DNA of 63,282 nt, the filler included, from Octopus bimaculoides (Eukaryota): assembly GCF_001194135.2 (NCBI RefSeq). It is 4 parts of 4 records of this genome, joined end to end, with 100 filler letters (N's around TTAATTAATTAA, not from the genome) between each part and the next. Parts side by side here need not be neighbours in the genome. Positions count along the whole stretch, not along the records: positions 18,746 to 43,236 come from NC_069006.1; positions 43,337 to 54,500 come from NC_068993.1; 2 more parts are not named here. One strand, 5' to 3'. The position numbers and the translations under genes are program-made. Shown piece after piece: positions 38,291 to 49,490 of the stretch. Numbering within the stretch: position 1 is the first letter of the stretch; each line of letters opens with the position of its first letter. The notes below the pieces were generated by a model. The model saw nothing but the letters and a program-made list of their open reading frames with translations, was not told the origin of the DNA and made no database searches.

Positions 38291-38565
38291 GTGCTTTATT
38301 GTCAGTGAATTTCATGCATAGAAACTGTACAGAAACCTGAGAGAGACTACATAAATGACAAAGAAACAAGAAATTATATAATGAACTTCATTAGCTTACA
38401 GCTGTTTCTGCCAAAAGATGCAATGCGCGGATTGTATCTAGGAAGTTCAAATAAAACCCCTTTAAGGCGGTGCTCCAGCATGGCCACAATCAAAAAGAAT
38501 GAAAGAATATATATATGTCTGTGTGTATATGTATGTATATACATGTATATAATAATATGTATATA

Positions 38566-38599
<34 letters not shown>

Positions 38600-39352
38600 N
38601 NNNNNNNNNNNNNNNNNNNNNNNNNNNNNNNNNNNNNNNNNNNNNNNNNNNNNNNNNNNNNNNNNNNNNNNNNNNNNNNNNNNNNNNNNNNNNNNNNNNN
38701 NNNNNNNNNNNNNNNNNNNNNNNNNNNNNNNNNNNNNNNNNNNNNNNNNNNNNNNNNNNNNNNNNNNNNNNNNNNNNNNNNNNNNNNNNNNNNNNNNNNN
38801 NNNNNNNNNNNNNNNNNNNNNNNNNNNNNNNNNNNNNNNNNNNNNNNNNNNNNNNNNNNNNNNNNNNNNNNNNNNNNNNNNNNNNNNNNNNNNNNNNNNN
38901 NNNNNNNNNNNNNNNNNNNNNNNNNNNNNNNNNNNNNNNNNNNNNNNNNNNNNNNNNNNNNNNNNNNNNNNNNNNNNNNNNNNNNNNNNNNNNNNNNNNN
39001 NNNNNNNNNNNNNNNNNNNNNNNNNNNNNNNNNNNNNNNNNNNNNNNNNNNNNNNNNNNNNNNNNNNNNNNNNNNNNNNNNNNNNNNNNNNNNGTGCTTT
39101 ATTGTCAGTGAATTTCATGCATAGAAACTGTACAGAAACCTGAGAGAGACTACATAAATGACAAAGAAACAAGAAATTATATAATGAACTTCATTAGCTT
39201 ACAGCTGTTTCTGCCAAAAGATGCAATGCGCGGATTGTATCTAGGAAGTTCAAATAAAACCCCTTTAAGGCGGTGCTCCAGCATGGCCACAATCAAAAAG
39301 AATGAAAGAATATATATATGTCTGTGTGTATATGTATGTATATACATGTATA
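38291..39352. repeat. Identical 259-bp duplication across a scaffold gap (38291-38549 = 39094-39352), probably a contig-overlap artefact
   Basis: No differences seen; the second copy begins exactly at the gap edge. Confidence 0.85.
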
Positions 39353-39358
39353 AACATC

Positions 39359-39490
39359 AGGAGTGGCTGTGTGGTAAGAAGCTTGCTTCCCAACCACATA
39401 GCTTTGCGTTCAGTTCCACAGCGTGACACCTTAGGCATGTGTCTTCAACTATAGCGTCGGGCCGACCAAGGCCTTGTGAGTGGGTTTGTA
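39359..39490 (+). mobile_element. SINE family B, 5' half
   Basis: AGGAGTGGCTGTGTGGTAAGAAGCTTGCTTCCCAACCAC..GGGCCGACCAAGGCCTTGTGAGTGG. Confidence 0.85.
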
Positions 39491-39799
39491 AAAGAACTCA
39501 GAAGGTTGGGCCTCCAACCAGGCCTTTCGTGATACCGTTGAAGCCAGAAACTTGTCAGCACCCCCTTATATATAACGTATAATTGAAAACAAAGATATAT
39601 ATATAAAAGCCAAGATATAAATAATGGTCTTTATATATTCCACTGTCCTTGCAAATGTGACTTACAACTGTTTCCAGTGGTCATTATAGATCTGTTCATT
39701 AATCTGTTGACCCAACCGGTCCATTTAATAGAGTAATTTGAAAACTAAAGGATTTAAACTCCATCATCCATCTGGGCACATTGCTTTCGTCAATAATGT

Positions 39800-40110
39800 G
39801 TTCTCTTTTCAAGCCTTACAATATGTTCCCCCCTCGCCAAGCCCTACAATGCACAGCCCCTTCTCTTGACCCTAAAATTTGTGATTCTTTCCACAGACCT
39901 ACACTGTGTGCTTTCTTTTTCTACCCTGCAACATGTACCCACTTCCAGTTTTACAATATGTGACCCCCTTCAACCAGCCCTACAAAGCAGTCCCCTCTCC
40001 CCAAGCCTTACAGCGCACTCTCCTTTTACTAACACCTACAATGCATTCCGCCCTCCCCAAGCCCTATATGTGACCCCCTTGACCCCCTTCAACCAGCCCT
40101 ACAATGTGTT
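39800..40110. repeat. Degenerate C-rich minisatellite
   Basis: AAGCCCTACAATG and TGTGACCCCCTT..CAACCAGCCCTACAA recur. Confidence 0.65.
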
Positions 40111-40166
40111 TCTGGAGAAGACATTACTGACAAAAGCAATGTGCACAGACGGATGACGGAGTTTAA

Positions 40167-40370
40167 GCGTTTAACATTCGGGTTACTATGTCAAATGTAA
40201 AGCATATTTCTTCACATTGCCTTTAATTAATCATGCGTTATTTCGTTATTTTGTAGCTTTGAGAGATTTCAATGATGTCATTGTTTATTTTTCAAATGTG
40301 ATTGTAGGGTAAGTGTGAGAGGCCAGATCTGGTTAGTTTGACCATAGAACAGGGAGAATATTTGGGCTTT
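40167..40370. mobile_element. piggyBac-like MITE family 2 copy
   Basis: TTAA at 40163-40166, then a body matching 36371-36731. Confidence 0.6.
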
Positions 40371-40459
40371 TAAGATGACACCATCACCAGTGCTTTGTAT
40401 GTGGAACCATCACCATTGCTTTTACATGGCACCAGCATCAACACCAATGCTTTTTATGT

Positions 40460-40536
40460 GACATCTTCATTTTAGGATCTCAATTATATTTTGGTAGGCA
40501 GGGGTCCATAGGGGAAAAAATGGTTGAGAACCACTG
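40460..40536. mobile_element. hAT/Charlie-like terminus
   Basis: Ends GGTTGAGAACCACTG, the reverse complement of the Charlie/MER-type TIR CAGTGGTTCTCAACC; partner end not found. Confidence 0.5.
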
Positions 40537-40702
40537 CAAAAGAAGAATATTTCCTCCACCAACATGTCCTGTTTGATTGACCTAAAAAAAGTTATGCCCA
40601 CCCATAGATTTCTTTCAGGGTTGGGTGGGGGGTATCCCTCATATATAAAGCATTGTTTGTCTTTGACATACCTCCTTGCTATAAGGGTTAAAAGCAGAAC
40701 AT

Positions 40703-40735
<33 letters not shown>

Positions 40736-42261
40736 TATGTGTATATATATGTATATATATGTATATATATATGTGTGTGTGTGTGTATGTAGAAAAAAAA
40801 GAAATTAGGGCAACCCACCCTGTTTTGTAACTTAGCCAGTCTCTTCCTCTCCCCTTACTATCTCCACCANNNNNNNNNNNNNNNNNNNNNNNNNNNNNNN
40901 NNNNNNNNNNNNNNNNNNNNNNNNNNNNNNNNNNNNNNNNNNNNNNNNNNNNNNNNNNNNNNNNNNNNNNNNNNNNNNNNNNNNNNNNNNNNNNNNNNNN
41001 NNNNNNNNNNNNNNNNNNNNNNNNNNNNNNNNNNNNNNNNNNNNNNNNNNNNNNNNNNNNNNNNNNNNNNNNNNNNNNNNNNNNNNNNNNNNNNNNNNNN
41101 NNNNNNNNNNNNNNNNNNNNNNNNNNNNNNNNNNNNNNNNNNNNNNNNNNNNNNNNNNNNNNNNNNNNNNNNNNNNNNNNNNNNNNNNNNNNNNNNNNNN
41201 NNNNNNNNNNNNNNNNNNNNNNNNNNNNNNNNNNNNNNNNNNNNNNNNNNNNNNNNNNNNNNNNNNNNNNNNNNNNNNNNNNNNNNNNNNNNNNNNNNNN
41301 ATAATGGGAAAGTAGCAACAGTAAGGGTGAGGAGTAGTGGGTTGGTGATGGAGGTGATGGTGGTGGTGTTGTTGTTGATTTTGGTGGTGGTTGTGGTGGT
41401 GATGGTGGTAGTAACAGCAGCAACGGTAAGGTTAGTGGTGAGGGGTAGAGGTGGTGGGTAGTGTTGAAAGTACTGGTGGTGGTGGTGGTGGTGGTGGCAG
41501 CAACAGTGGTGCTACTGAAAATGGTTGTGTTGCAGAAAGTATTAAAGTTGTGGTCATGGGAGAGGTCATGATGATGATGATGATGAAATGGGTCATTGTT
41601 TCCTGAGTTTGTGTGATAGAGACTCTTGTGCACTTATCATCTAATTGACGCATCGTATGCTTGGAGAGAGTCAGATAGAGAGAGGGGATCTTTTCTGTTG
41701 CTATCACAGATTTTCAAATTTTAAAATAAAGTGAAAATTTTCAAATTTGGTATATTGATGTAATTTTTCATGCTGAATCTGATTGCGTTACTCACTCGTT
41801 TCAGGAACATTTTAGAAAAATATTACAGATGTTTAAAATTTGATCATTTTTACACAGCCAGAAAACAGAATTTGGAAGTTAGCATTTCGTACGTTATAGC
41901 TGTCTATCACAAAATGAAAGCAAACATTATAGCGATGAAGTCTTAAGCAAAATAAAAGCATATGGAGAGAGGCGGGGGGATGGGGGCAACATTCACGAGA
42001 GAGCTACATATAGAGAGGAAGGANNNNNNNNNNNNNNNNNNNNNNNNNNNNNNNNNNNNNNNNNNNNNNNNNNNNNNNNNNNNNNNNNNNNNNNNNNNNN
42101 NNNNNNNNNNNNNNNNNNNNNNNGGACTCCTATATGCTAGAAATAGATGCCGAATCATCTAACCACGAATAAAAATATGTTTCCGGGGTGATGCTCATGG
42201 CAGGTCTTCCGGGTCACTCATCGTCTTTCACAGACATTCTTCCATTTGTGAAGCGCTCATA

Positions 42262-42385
42262 TCAGAGCAACATGAAATGAAGTGCTTTGCTCAAGAACAC
42301 AACATAACACCTAGTCTGGGAATTGAACCCACGATCTCACAATCATAAATGCAACACCCTAACCACTAAGTCATGCACTTTCACA
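42262..42385 (-). mobile_element. SINE family D, 5' part
   Basis: Reverse complement of TTAGTGGTTAGGG..GGTTCAATTCCC..TGTTCTTGAGCAAAGCACTTCATTTC. Confidence 0.7.
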
Positions 42386-43336
42386 GGCACATATATATAT
42401 ACATATATATATGCATATTATATATCATCATCGTCATTTAATCTCCGCTTTCCATGCTGGCATGGGTTGGACGGTTTGATTGAGGACTGGCAAGCCAGAC
42501 CTCATATGTGTGTGTGTGCGTGTGTATACATACATATATAATGTGTGTGCGTGACGGTGTGTGTGTGTGTGTGTGTGTAGATGTGTAGCAGCCCCTCCTC
42601 GAACCCTCCTTGTTAATTAGCAATCACTCCTTAATAGTTATTTATTATGATAAAGACCAGAGTGGTTTGAGAAACATAATGTCAAGGACGTTGTTATCTC
42701 AAAGACATAGTGGGGACTTTCTCTCCTTCTCTCTCACACTCACTCACTCACTCTCTCTCTCCCTCGTTCTCTCTCCCTCGTTCTCTCTCTCTCTCTCTCA
42801 CTCTGCTACACACACACAAACAAATATGCACAAATACATACACATACATGTATATATACACACACATTCTCATTCCAAGTCTGTTTCTCTCTTTCACTCT
42901 CTCACTCAAACACTTACAATCTTTCTTTTCCTCTTTGTCTTCCTTTCTTTCTTTCTTCCTCCCTTCCTTCCTTACTTTCTTCAACACTTCCTAACTTCAC
43001 AAACAACAAATACGTTTGTATTTTCTTTTTGTTTTTCTCTTTCCTTCTTTTCTTTCTTTCCCATTTATGAATGGCTCCAAACAACCTAAACTTCTCCTGG
43101 ATATCACACAGCACCACCACCACCACCACAAGCGTAACCATGACCACCACCACCACTACTACTACTATCATCATCATCATCGTCATTGTCATCATCATTC
43201 TCCACTACCAGCACCACTATCACCATCACCACCACCNNNNNNNNNNNNNNNNNNNNNNNNNNNNNNNNNNNNNNNNNNNNTTAATTAATTAANNNNNNNN
43301 NNNNNNNNNNNNNNNNNNNNNNNNNNNNNNNNNNNN

Positions 43337-43387
<51 letters not shown>

Positions 43388-43509
43388 ACATACGTAAATA
43401 CATATTCATTTATGGATACACACACATATCCCTACACACACACACACACTCACAGCAAAAGAACAAAAAGAAGCAGGTTAAGTTCACAATGATAATAATA
43501 ATAATAATA

Positions 43510-43727
43510 ATAAATAATTCTGGTTTTATTGGCTACAAAGGCTAATATAAGTTAAAAACATGTAAGGAGAAAGACAGGACGAAGGTTACAAAGGGTTTTG
43601 TCCAAAAAGAAGAAAACGTTCGTGTAAACAAAGGAAAAACAGAGAAAGATATAACAAATAAAACTCCCAATAGGGGGGGGGGCGCTTCGAAAGGTTACAC
43701 GTGGAAAACCCCATAAAAGCCACGGTA
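43510..43727 (-). mobile_element. LINE 3' UTR (possibly L1/Tx1-like) ending in (TTA)n
   Basis: Minus strand T-rich UTR, AATAAA, then TTATTATTA. Confidence 0.45.
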
Positions 43728-43734
43728 ATAATAA

Positions 43735-44135
43735 TACAATACCTGGGGATGCACACATAAGCGACAAAGAACTGATATTGCAATACTTGGAGATGTACGC
43801 ATAAGTGACAAAGAACTAGAAGAAAAGATTGAAAGTACAGACTACTAAAAGACGATTCTGGCAAGAATGTGGACTATGAGGAGAGTGTCTGTCATTCCAG
43901 TAGTTGTAGGGACACTTGGAACACTAACAACCAAGTTCGAGAAATATGCGAAAGAAACCGGAATTGACATGAGAACAGAGCAAGCCCGAAAAACTGCTCT
44001 GAGATTGGTGCTTGGATATTGAATGTCTCCCACAATGACAAACAACCAAGTATCAAAGCTTATAGTGTGAAGAAAGAGACCCTGTGAGACCTCTGACGGC
44101 AGGTCACTGTCCGTTCTCATAGAATCCACCAGAAC
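43735..44135 (+). mobile_element. R4/Dong-type LINE 3' fragment
   Basis: IAILGDVRISDKELE/EKIE..LARMWTMRRVSVIPVVVGTLGT..FEKYAKETGIDMRTEQARKTA; 5' junction at (TAA)3 with a tandem 37-bp duplication. Confidence 0.8.
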
Positions 44136-44146
44136 AGACAGTGTTT

Positions 44147-44286
44147 CACTGGTACTTAATTTATCGACCCTGAAAGGATGAAAGGCGAAGTCGACCTCGG
44201 CAGAATTTGAACTCAGAACGTAGAGGCAGACGACATACCACTAAGCATTTTGCCCGGCGTGCTAACGATTCTGCCAGCTCACCATC
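44147..44286 (-). mobile_element. SINE family A, 5' half, young
   Basis: GGTGAGCTGGCAGAATCGTTAGCACGCCGGGC..GTCGACTTCGCCTTTCATCCTTTCAGGGTCGATAAATTAAGTACCAG. Confidence 0.9.
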
Positions 44287-44337
44287 TTAATAATAACAAT
44301 AATAGTAATAGTAATAATAATAATAATAATAGTAGTA

Positions 44338-44381
<44 letters not shown>

Positions 44382-44382
<1 letters not shown>

Positions 44383-44577
44383 TTTCTTTTCTTATTGACC
44401 CACAAATGCCGCAGAAACATTTAGGAGAGTATTAGACGATGGATGATGGGAATTTAAATAGAAACGTGTGAACAAAACAACCAGCAAAAATCTGTAACAA
44501 AGAAATTCCCCAGTCAGCGGAACGCTAACCAGGGGTAACTAAGGAACCCCACAAACCCTGAGCCGCTCTATTTAGAG
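44382..44577 (-). mobile_element. LINE 3' end (possibly L1/Tx1-like) with (TTA)n tail
   Basis: Minus-strand UTR-like block running into the 44288-44381 TAA array. Confidence 0.45.
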
Positions 44578-45530
44578 CAGAGGTGGAGGAAACCTCCGCC
44601 CGCAGGCGCAATTGCGCCCGCGAGCCCATTTTATTGCGCCACAGGTTGATATACTCGTATGTACAAAATAAAGTAGGTCGCAAATAGGTATACGACTTAA
44701 AACGGTCAGACTCGAACAGATACCCTCCGGTAATTGCCATTTGAATGGAAATTTTGTTTTCACTGTAAAACGCATGCTGCTAATTTTGTACCACCCCCTT
44801 GAAACCCAACTACACTTTAGCTGAGAAAAAAAAATATATTGCATGTATCGAAATAATTTTTATATGAAACGGAAGTTGAAGGGTTGTAGAAGATACAGGG
44901 TAAAAATTATTCATATCCGAGAACCCTAATTATCTAAATTTTCTTCCGAAATCGATACTCACCTTCTTTCTGCCAATCGATAAGCAAAAAATATTTTTAA
45001 ATCTATTGAAAATCAAAAACACATTGGTAAAGCTTCATCGAAACAGAAACTACTAATTTAATGCTTTGTGAACAGGATTTCTGAGAAATTTTGTTTTCAT
45101 ATTTCATTTCCTACACCTTTTTTGTACTATCTTCTTTCTTTCTTTTTTTTCCCCGATTTGGTTTCCGGGTTATAATGTCAACATTAACCGTGCTTTATCT
45201 GATGAAAAATGGACTGAGCTTTATGTTTTTAATGAAATAGATAACAAGCCGTTCATGAAAAATGTAATGCATTTTGTGAGTAAGCAAAAGACCTATGGAA
45301 ATTTGAAAGAATCTGACCAAAAGACAAGCTTTTTTAAAAAACCAATTCTTGAAAGTTAATCAGTTACTCGAGCTAGTTGTGCGGTATACGAAAATATTGC
45401 TAAAAAACTCAAACCACATAGCGATAGATGAATTTGTGAAAGAGTGTATCTTTACTGCTGCTGAGAATATATGCCCATAAGACTTAATTTACTTGGAAAT
45501 ATTAGCTTATCAAATAGCAGGACGGTTTCG
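44578..45530 (+). mobile_element. hAT Buster/Charlie-group transposon, left end and decayed N-terminal transposase
   Basis: Terminus CAGAGGTGG..CCCGCAGGCGCAATTGCGCCCGCG preceded by ATTTAGAG (nnnTAnnn); DEKWTELYVFNEIDNKP; SVTRASCAVYENIAKKLKPHSD/EFVKECIFTAAENICP/NISLS (GTF2IRD2-like). Confidence 0.8.
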
Positions 45531-45815
45531 TCGCTCTACGCACCTCTCGAACAGGTGGGGTTGACGGCACTACCTTATCTGTTGAGTTTATCCCGAACGG
45601 ACAATGTTCTCCCGGTAATACTGTCAGATAAGAGATTGCTGAAAATTATCTTTGAGTCTCGGCCCGAAATTCCTCCGTCTGTTGATTTTTTTTTACCGAT
45701 GACTAGAGTTTCTTCGAGAATGTTGTCGCTCTTGCACACCACTAATTCTCGTCTGAGCGACAAGGTGGATCGTTCACTGACCGCGTTACCCAACTGACTG
45801 AGGTCTGTGAGCGCC
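45520..45815 (-). mobile_element. L1/Tx1-like LINE fragment (zf-RVT-like region)
   Basis: TLSVRDKLNR*G..PTCSRGA*SDETVL resembles LPVRDKL..CPRC..ETVLH. Confidence 0.55.
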
Positions 45816-46409
45816 TAAAGGCATTCAATAATAATGAATTTTATTGTAGCTATTGTTTCACACACACATACACACACATCGAGACAAGCTACAAATAATG
45901 GTGTTTACATATTCTTTTATTGTTTCAAATTTGACTTACAAGCTGTTTCCGATAATCATTATAAGTTCGTTCGTTCATCGATCGGTTTACTCGATCAGTC
46001 TATTCACTGGTTGAGAAAAGGTGAACGACATTACAGAACTAATGCGGTCTTTTCTTTAGAATGTTCTGATTCCGCCGAAGATAGCATTAGTTCTTTAATA
46101 CCGTTCGCTTTTTCTCAATTTATCGATGATAATGATTATCAGAAAAAAAGCTGTAAGTTAAATTGGCAACAATAAAGAATATGTAAGGACCATTATTCAT
46201 CCCTTGTCTTGTATATCACTCTATGTAAAAGACTTGTATAAAACCTGTACAGATTTCATGAATGGAGACTTTCAGAGCACACCTCTCCCTCCTTGAAGGC
46301 CATGTCAATTTTGTCTCCTTTAACAGCAAAATAACTCTATCACCACTCGGATTGAGAAATGGGTGGCACCACAACCCCCTAAACATAAACGACACTCGGT
46401 CAGACCCCT

Positions 46410-46771
46410 AAATGAAATGCATAAGAAACTCCGACAACAGCCAGCATTGGTCAATAGAAAGGGACCAATTCTCCACGACAATGCTCGGCCGCATGTCGCA
46501 CAACTGACCCTGCAGAAGTTGAACGAATTGGGCTACGAAACTCTGCCTTATCTGTCATACTCACCAGACCTCTCGCCTACCGACTACCACTTTTTCAAGC
46601 ATCTCGACAATTTCCTGCGTGAGAAATGCTTCAAAAACCAAGGCGATGCCAAATACGCCTTCAACGACTTCATCGCCACCAGAACGCAGGATTTTTACGC
46701 TACTGGCACAAATAAACTTGTTTCGCTTTGCCAAAATTGTGTTGATTTTGATGGTGTTTATTTCGATTAAT
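46410..46771 (+). mobile_element. Mariner transposase C-terminal fragment, cut by a gap
   Basis: NRKGPILHDNARPHVA..YSPDLSPTDYHFFKHLDNFL..YFD*. Confidence 0.9.
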
Positions 46772-47934
46772 NNNNNNNNNNNNNNNNNNNNNNNNNNNNN
46801 NNNNNNNNNNNNNNNNNNNNNNNNNNNNNNNNNNNNNNNNNNNNNNNNNNNNNNNNNNNNNNNNNNNNNNNNNNNNNNNNNNNNNNNNNNNNNNNNNNNN
46901 NNNNNNNNNNNNNNNNNNNNNNNNNNNNNNNNNNNNNNNNNNNNNNNNNNNNNNNNNNNNNNNNNNNNNNNNNNNNNNNNNNNNNNNNNNNNNNNNNNNN
47001 NNNNNNNNNNNNNNNNNNNNNNNNNNNNNNNNNNNNNNNNNNNNNNNNNNNNNNNNNNNNNNNNNNNNNNNNNNNNNNNNNNNNNNNNNNNNNNNNNNNN
47101 NNNNNNNNNNNNNNNNNNNNNNNNNNNNNNNNNGTAACCCAAGCAGAAAAGATTCGGAGACGCCTTTCGTTGCTCTCTGACAATCATAGTGATAAATAAG
47201 CAGTGACTTAAATTACAAATCTCATGTGGGATTTACTCATAACAACAATGTGAAACAATCTCTTGGTGTTTTATACCCCAGCGCATTTTTGTCTCCTCTG
47301 AGATAAGAATTTTAGAGAGTTAACGTTTCCGAGAACAGCCTAACTTTGTCAAAATTAGAAACTTGATTCGATGAATATTCACCTCTTTTTTTTTCTTTTT
47401 TTTTTTCATTTTTATTATTTCTAATACCATTCATATGCTAGAAATTCCGATACGGCCTGAATGTCAGCACTTGTTGATTCCCTTGTTATTAGAATGAATT
47501 AGTAATGAAACAGTTACTTAAAACTATACGAAGCAAAAATACGGAGCAACAAACGTTTTGAGTGAGTTCCTCGGTTTCGTTTTTCAATTGATTTCATAAA
47601 TTTAACGCCTTTTGCTGGATAGTGTAGCTAGATAAACTGGCGAGTGACACTGTAGCATATCGCCAATACAAACACTTCACATTCTCTCTATATTTTCCAT
47701 GATTTTATTGCATATACGTACTTCTTTAGAAAGAGCTTCTTTGAATTTTACATAACACCTGTATTTGGTTAAGATGCACATAGTGCATCTCGGGACGAAA
47801 ACTAAGAAGATTTTATTGTGCCTGGATTTTGAATATCAGCAAAATATTCTTTCCCCTTCCTCAGAATGTTCTATTTATTCCTTGATTTGTAGACCTCGAG
47901 AAGATACATGACCGTGTGTGGTAGGACATGTTGT

Positions 47935-48085
47935 GGAGGGTTTTACCGAAGTTTGGAATTAATGGGCAACTTCTTGGATGCTGTGAAGTCCCTATACGAA
48001 TGCCCACTTGTTTGGGTTCGAGTAAATGGTACTAAGTCGGAACTTTTCAACGTGGGTATTGGATTTCGGCAGGAGTATGTAGCGT
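47935..48085 (+). mobile_element. RTE-clade RT fragment
   Basis: FLDAVKSLYEC..VRVNGTKSELFNVGIGFRQ. Confidence 0.75.
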
Positions 48086-48190
<105 letters not shown>

Positions 48191-48213
48191 TGTTATATAT
48201 GCATGAGTGCAGA

Positions 48214-49120
48214 CGTAATGGTTAACAGCTAGCCTTCAACCGCTCTTTTGAACCCTGTTGTGTCCACCACTCTGATTGGTTGGTATTGGCGCATTTTGTC
48301 TCCTGTTCTATTTCGCGCCAGGGTGCAACCCAACCAATCGCAGCCTTCAGATAAGGTCACGTGGGACAGTTTTTCTAAACCCCTGTTTGAGCTGATAGTA
48401 TCTCATGAATAGCTAGCTTTTCACCGTCACGATTGTCAGTCGACTTCAGACCTTCTGAGGTCTAGCCCCTGGCCACAGAGCACACAGCCAGTTCCAGCGA
48501 CGACACGACACAGCTTGATGGAGATCCAACACTTCGTTCAACAGCTTACTACAAACTCCTTCTCTGTCACCACTGCCTGCTTCTTAGCGTCTACACCAAC
48601 ATCTCTACGTACACACCACCAACAGCACCCGCACAGGTTCTCTCAACACTGTTTGTGAATTGCTTCACCATGGTTAACAGCGAGTACAACCTGCGAGACC
48701 TCCTGTACCAAGTAACCGGCCGCAGCATCGAAGCCTCAACTTCTCGTTCGACAATATCTTTTCTCGGCTCTGCCTTGCTGCTACAACTTCTTGATACAGC
48801 ACTTCAACTACTGTGTACCTTGACTATGAACTGGTATTTACCATCCTTGTGTCTGGACTTTCTTCTAACGTCCTTTTAGCCTCTTTTCTATGCTCTGTAT
48901 TTCTCGCACACACATACATCCAAGTTTGTATACACATACACTCTGTTTGCATGACGGCCTGTCTGTTATTGTGTTTATTATGTCGCACTCACACACACAG
49001 ACATACATGTTGACATATCAATAAAACCTTCTCTTAAACCTTCTACCGGTTGTGTCTCTCTTTTCCTTTCTGGCACTTATACTCATTGAACCTCTTTTCG
49101 TGTTTTTTTATTTGTATCGA
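48214..49120 (+). mobile_element. Candidate solo LTR
   Basis: About 0.9 kb non-coding, more GC-rich than its flanks; starts CGTAATGG (TG-like); CCAAT-like boxes; AATAAA near 49020; no TSD verified. Confidence 0.35.
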
Positions 49121-49164
49121 CCGTGCGATGCGCTAAAGGAACCATTCCTCGTCACCATCTCCTG

Positions 49165-49490
49165 GTTGCACGGTCGATACAGGTGTGTATTGTCACCTCA
49201 CCTTTTCATAATTTTTATGAACTGGATAGACAAGCGCAGCTGTTGTGGAAGCGATATCACAATCGGTGGGGTTATGATCGGTTAGCTAATGCAGACGACA
49301 ATACGACATTCTGACAAACATGCAGACGTCATGTCGAATCAAATAACACCATGTCGACATGCAGATGACATGTTGTTACTTGATTCATCAGAGGATGATC
49401 TACAAGTAACGAATGGGTCTGGTCACAGCTGAGTGGTGCAAGGCAGGGATGATAATTAGTGCTGTGAAAACTGAGACATTGGTCTTCTTA
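49165..49490 (+). mobile_element. RTE-clade RT fragment
   Basis: RCVLSPHLFIIFMNWIDKRS..IG/LANADD..SSEDDLQ..GMIISAVKTETLV. Confidence 0.8.

Noticed and set aside
38291-39352. Perfect 259-bp direct repeat
   Set aside because: The identical copies flank a gap and one starts at the gap edge; most likely an unmerged contig overlap
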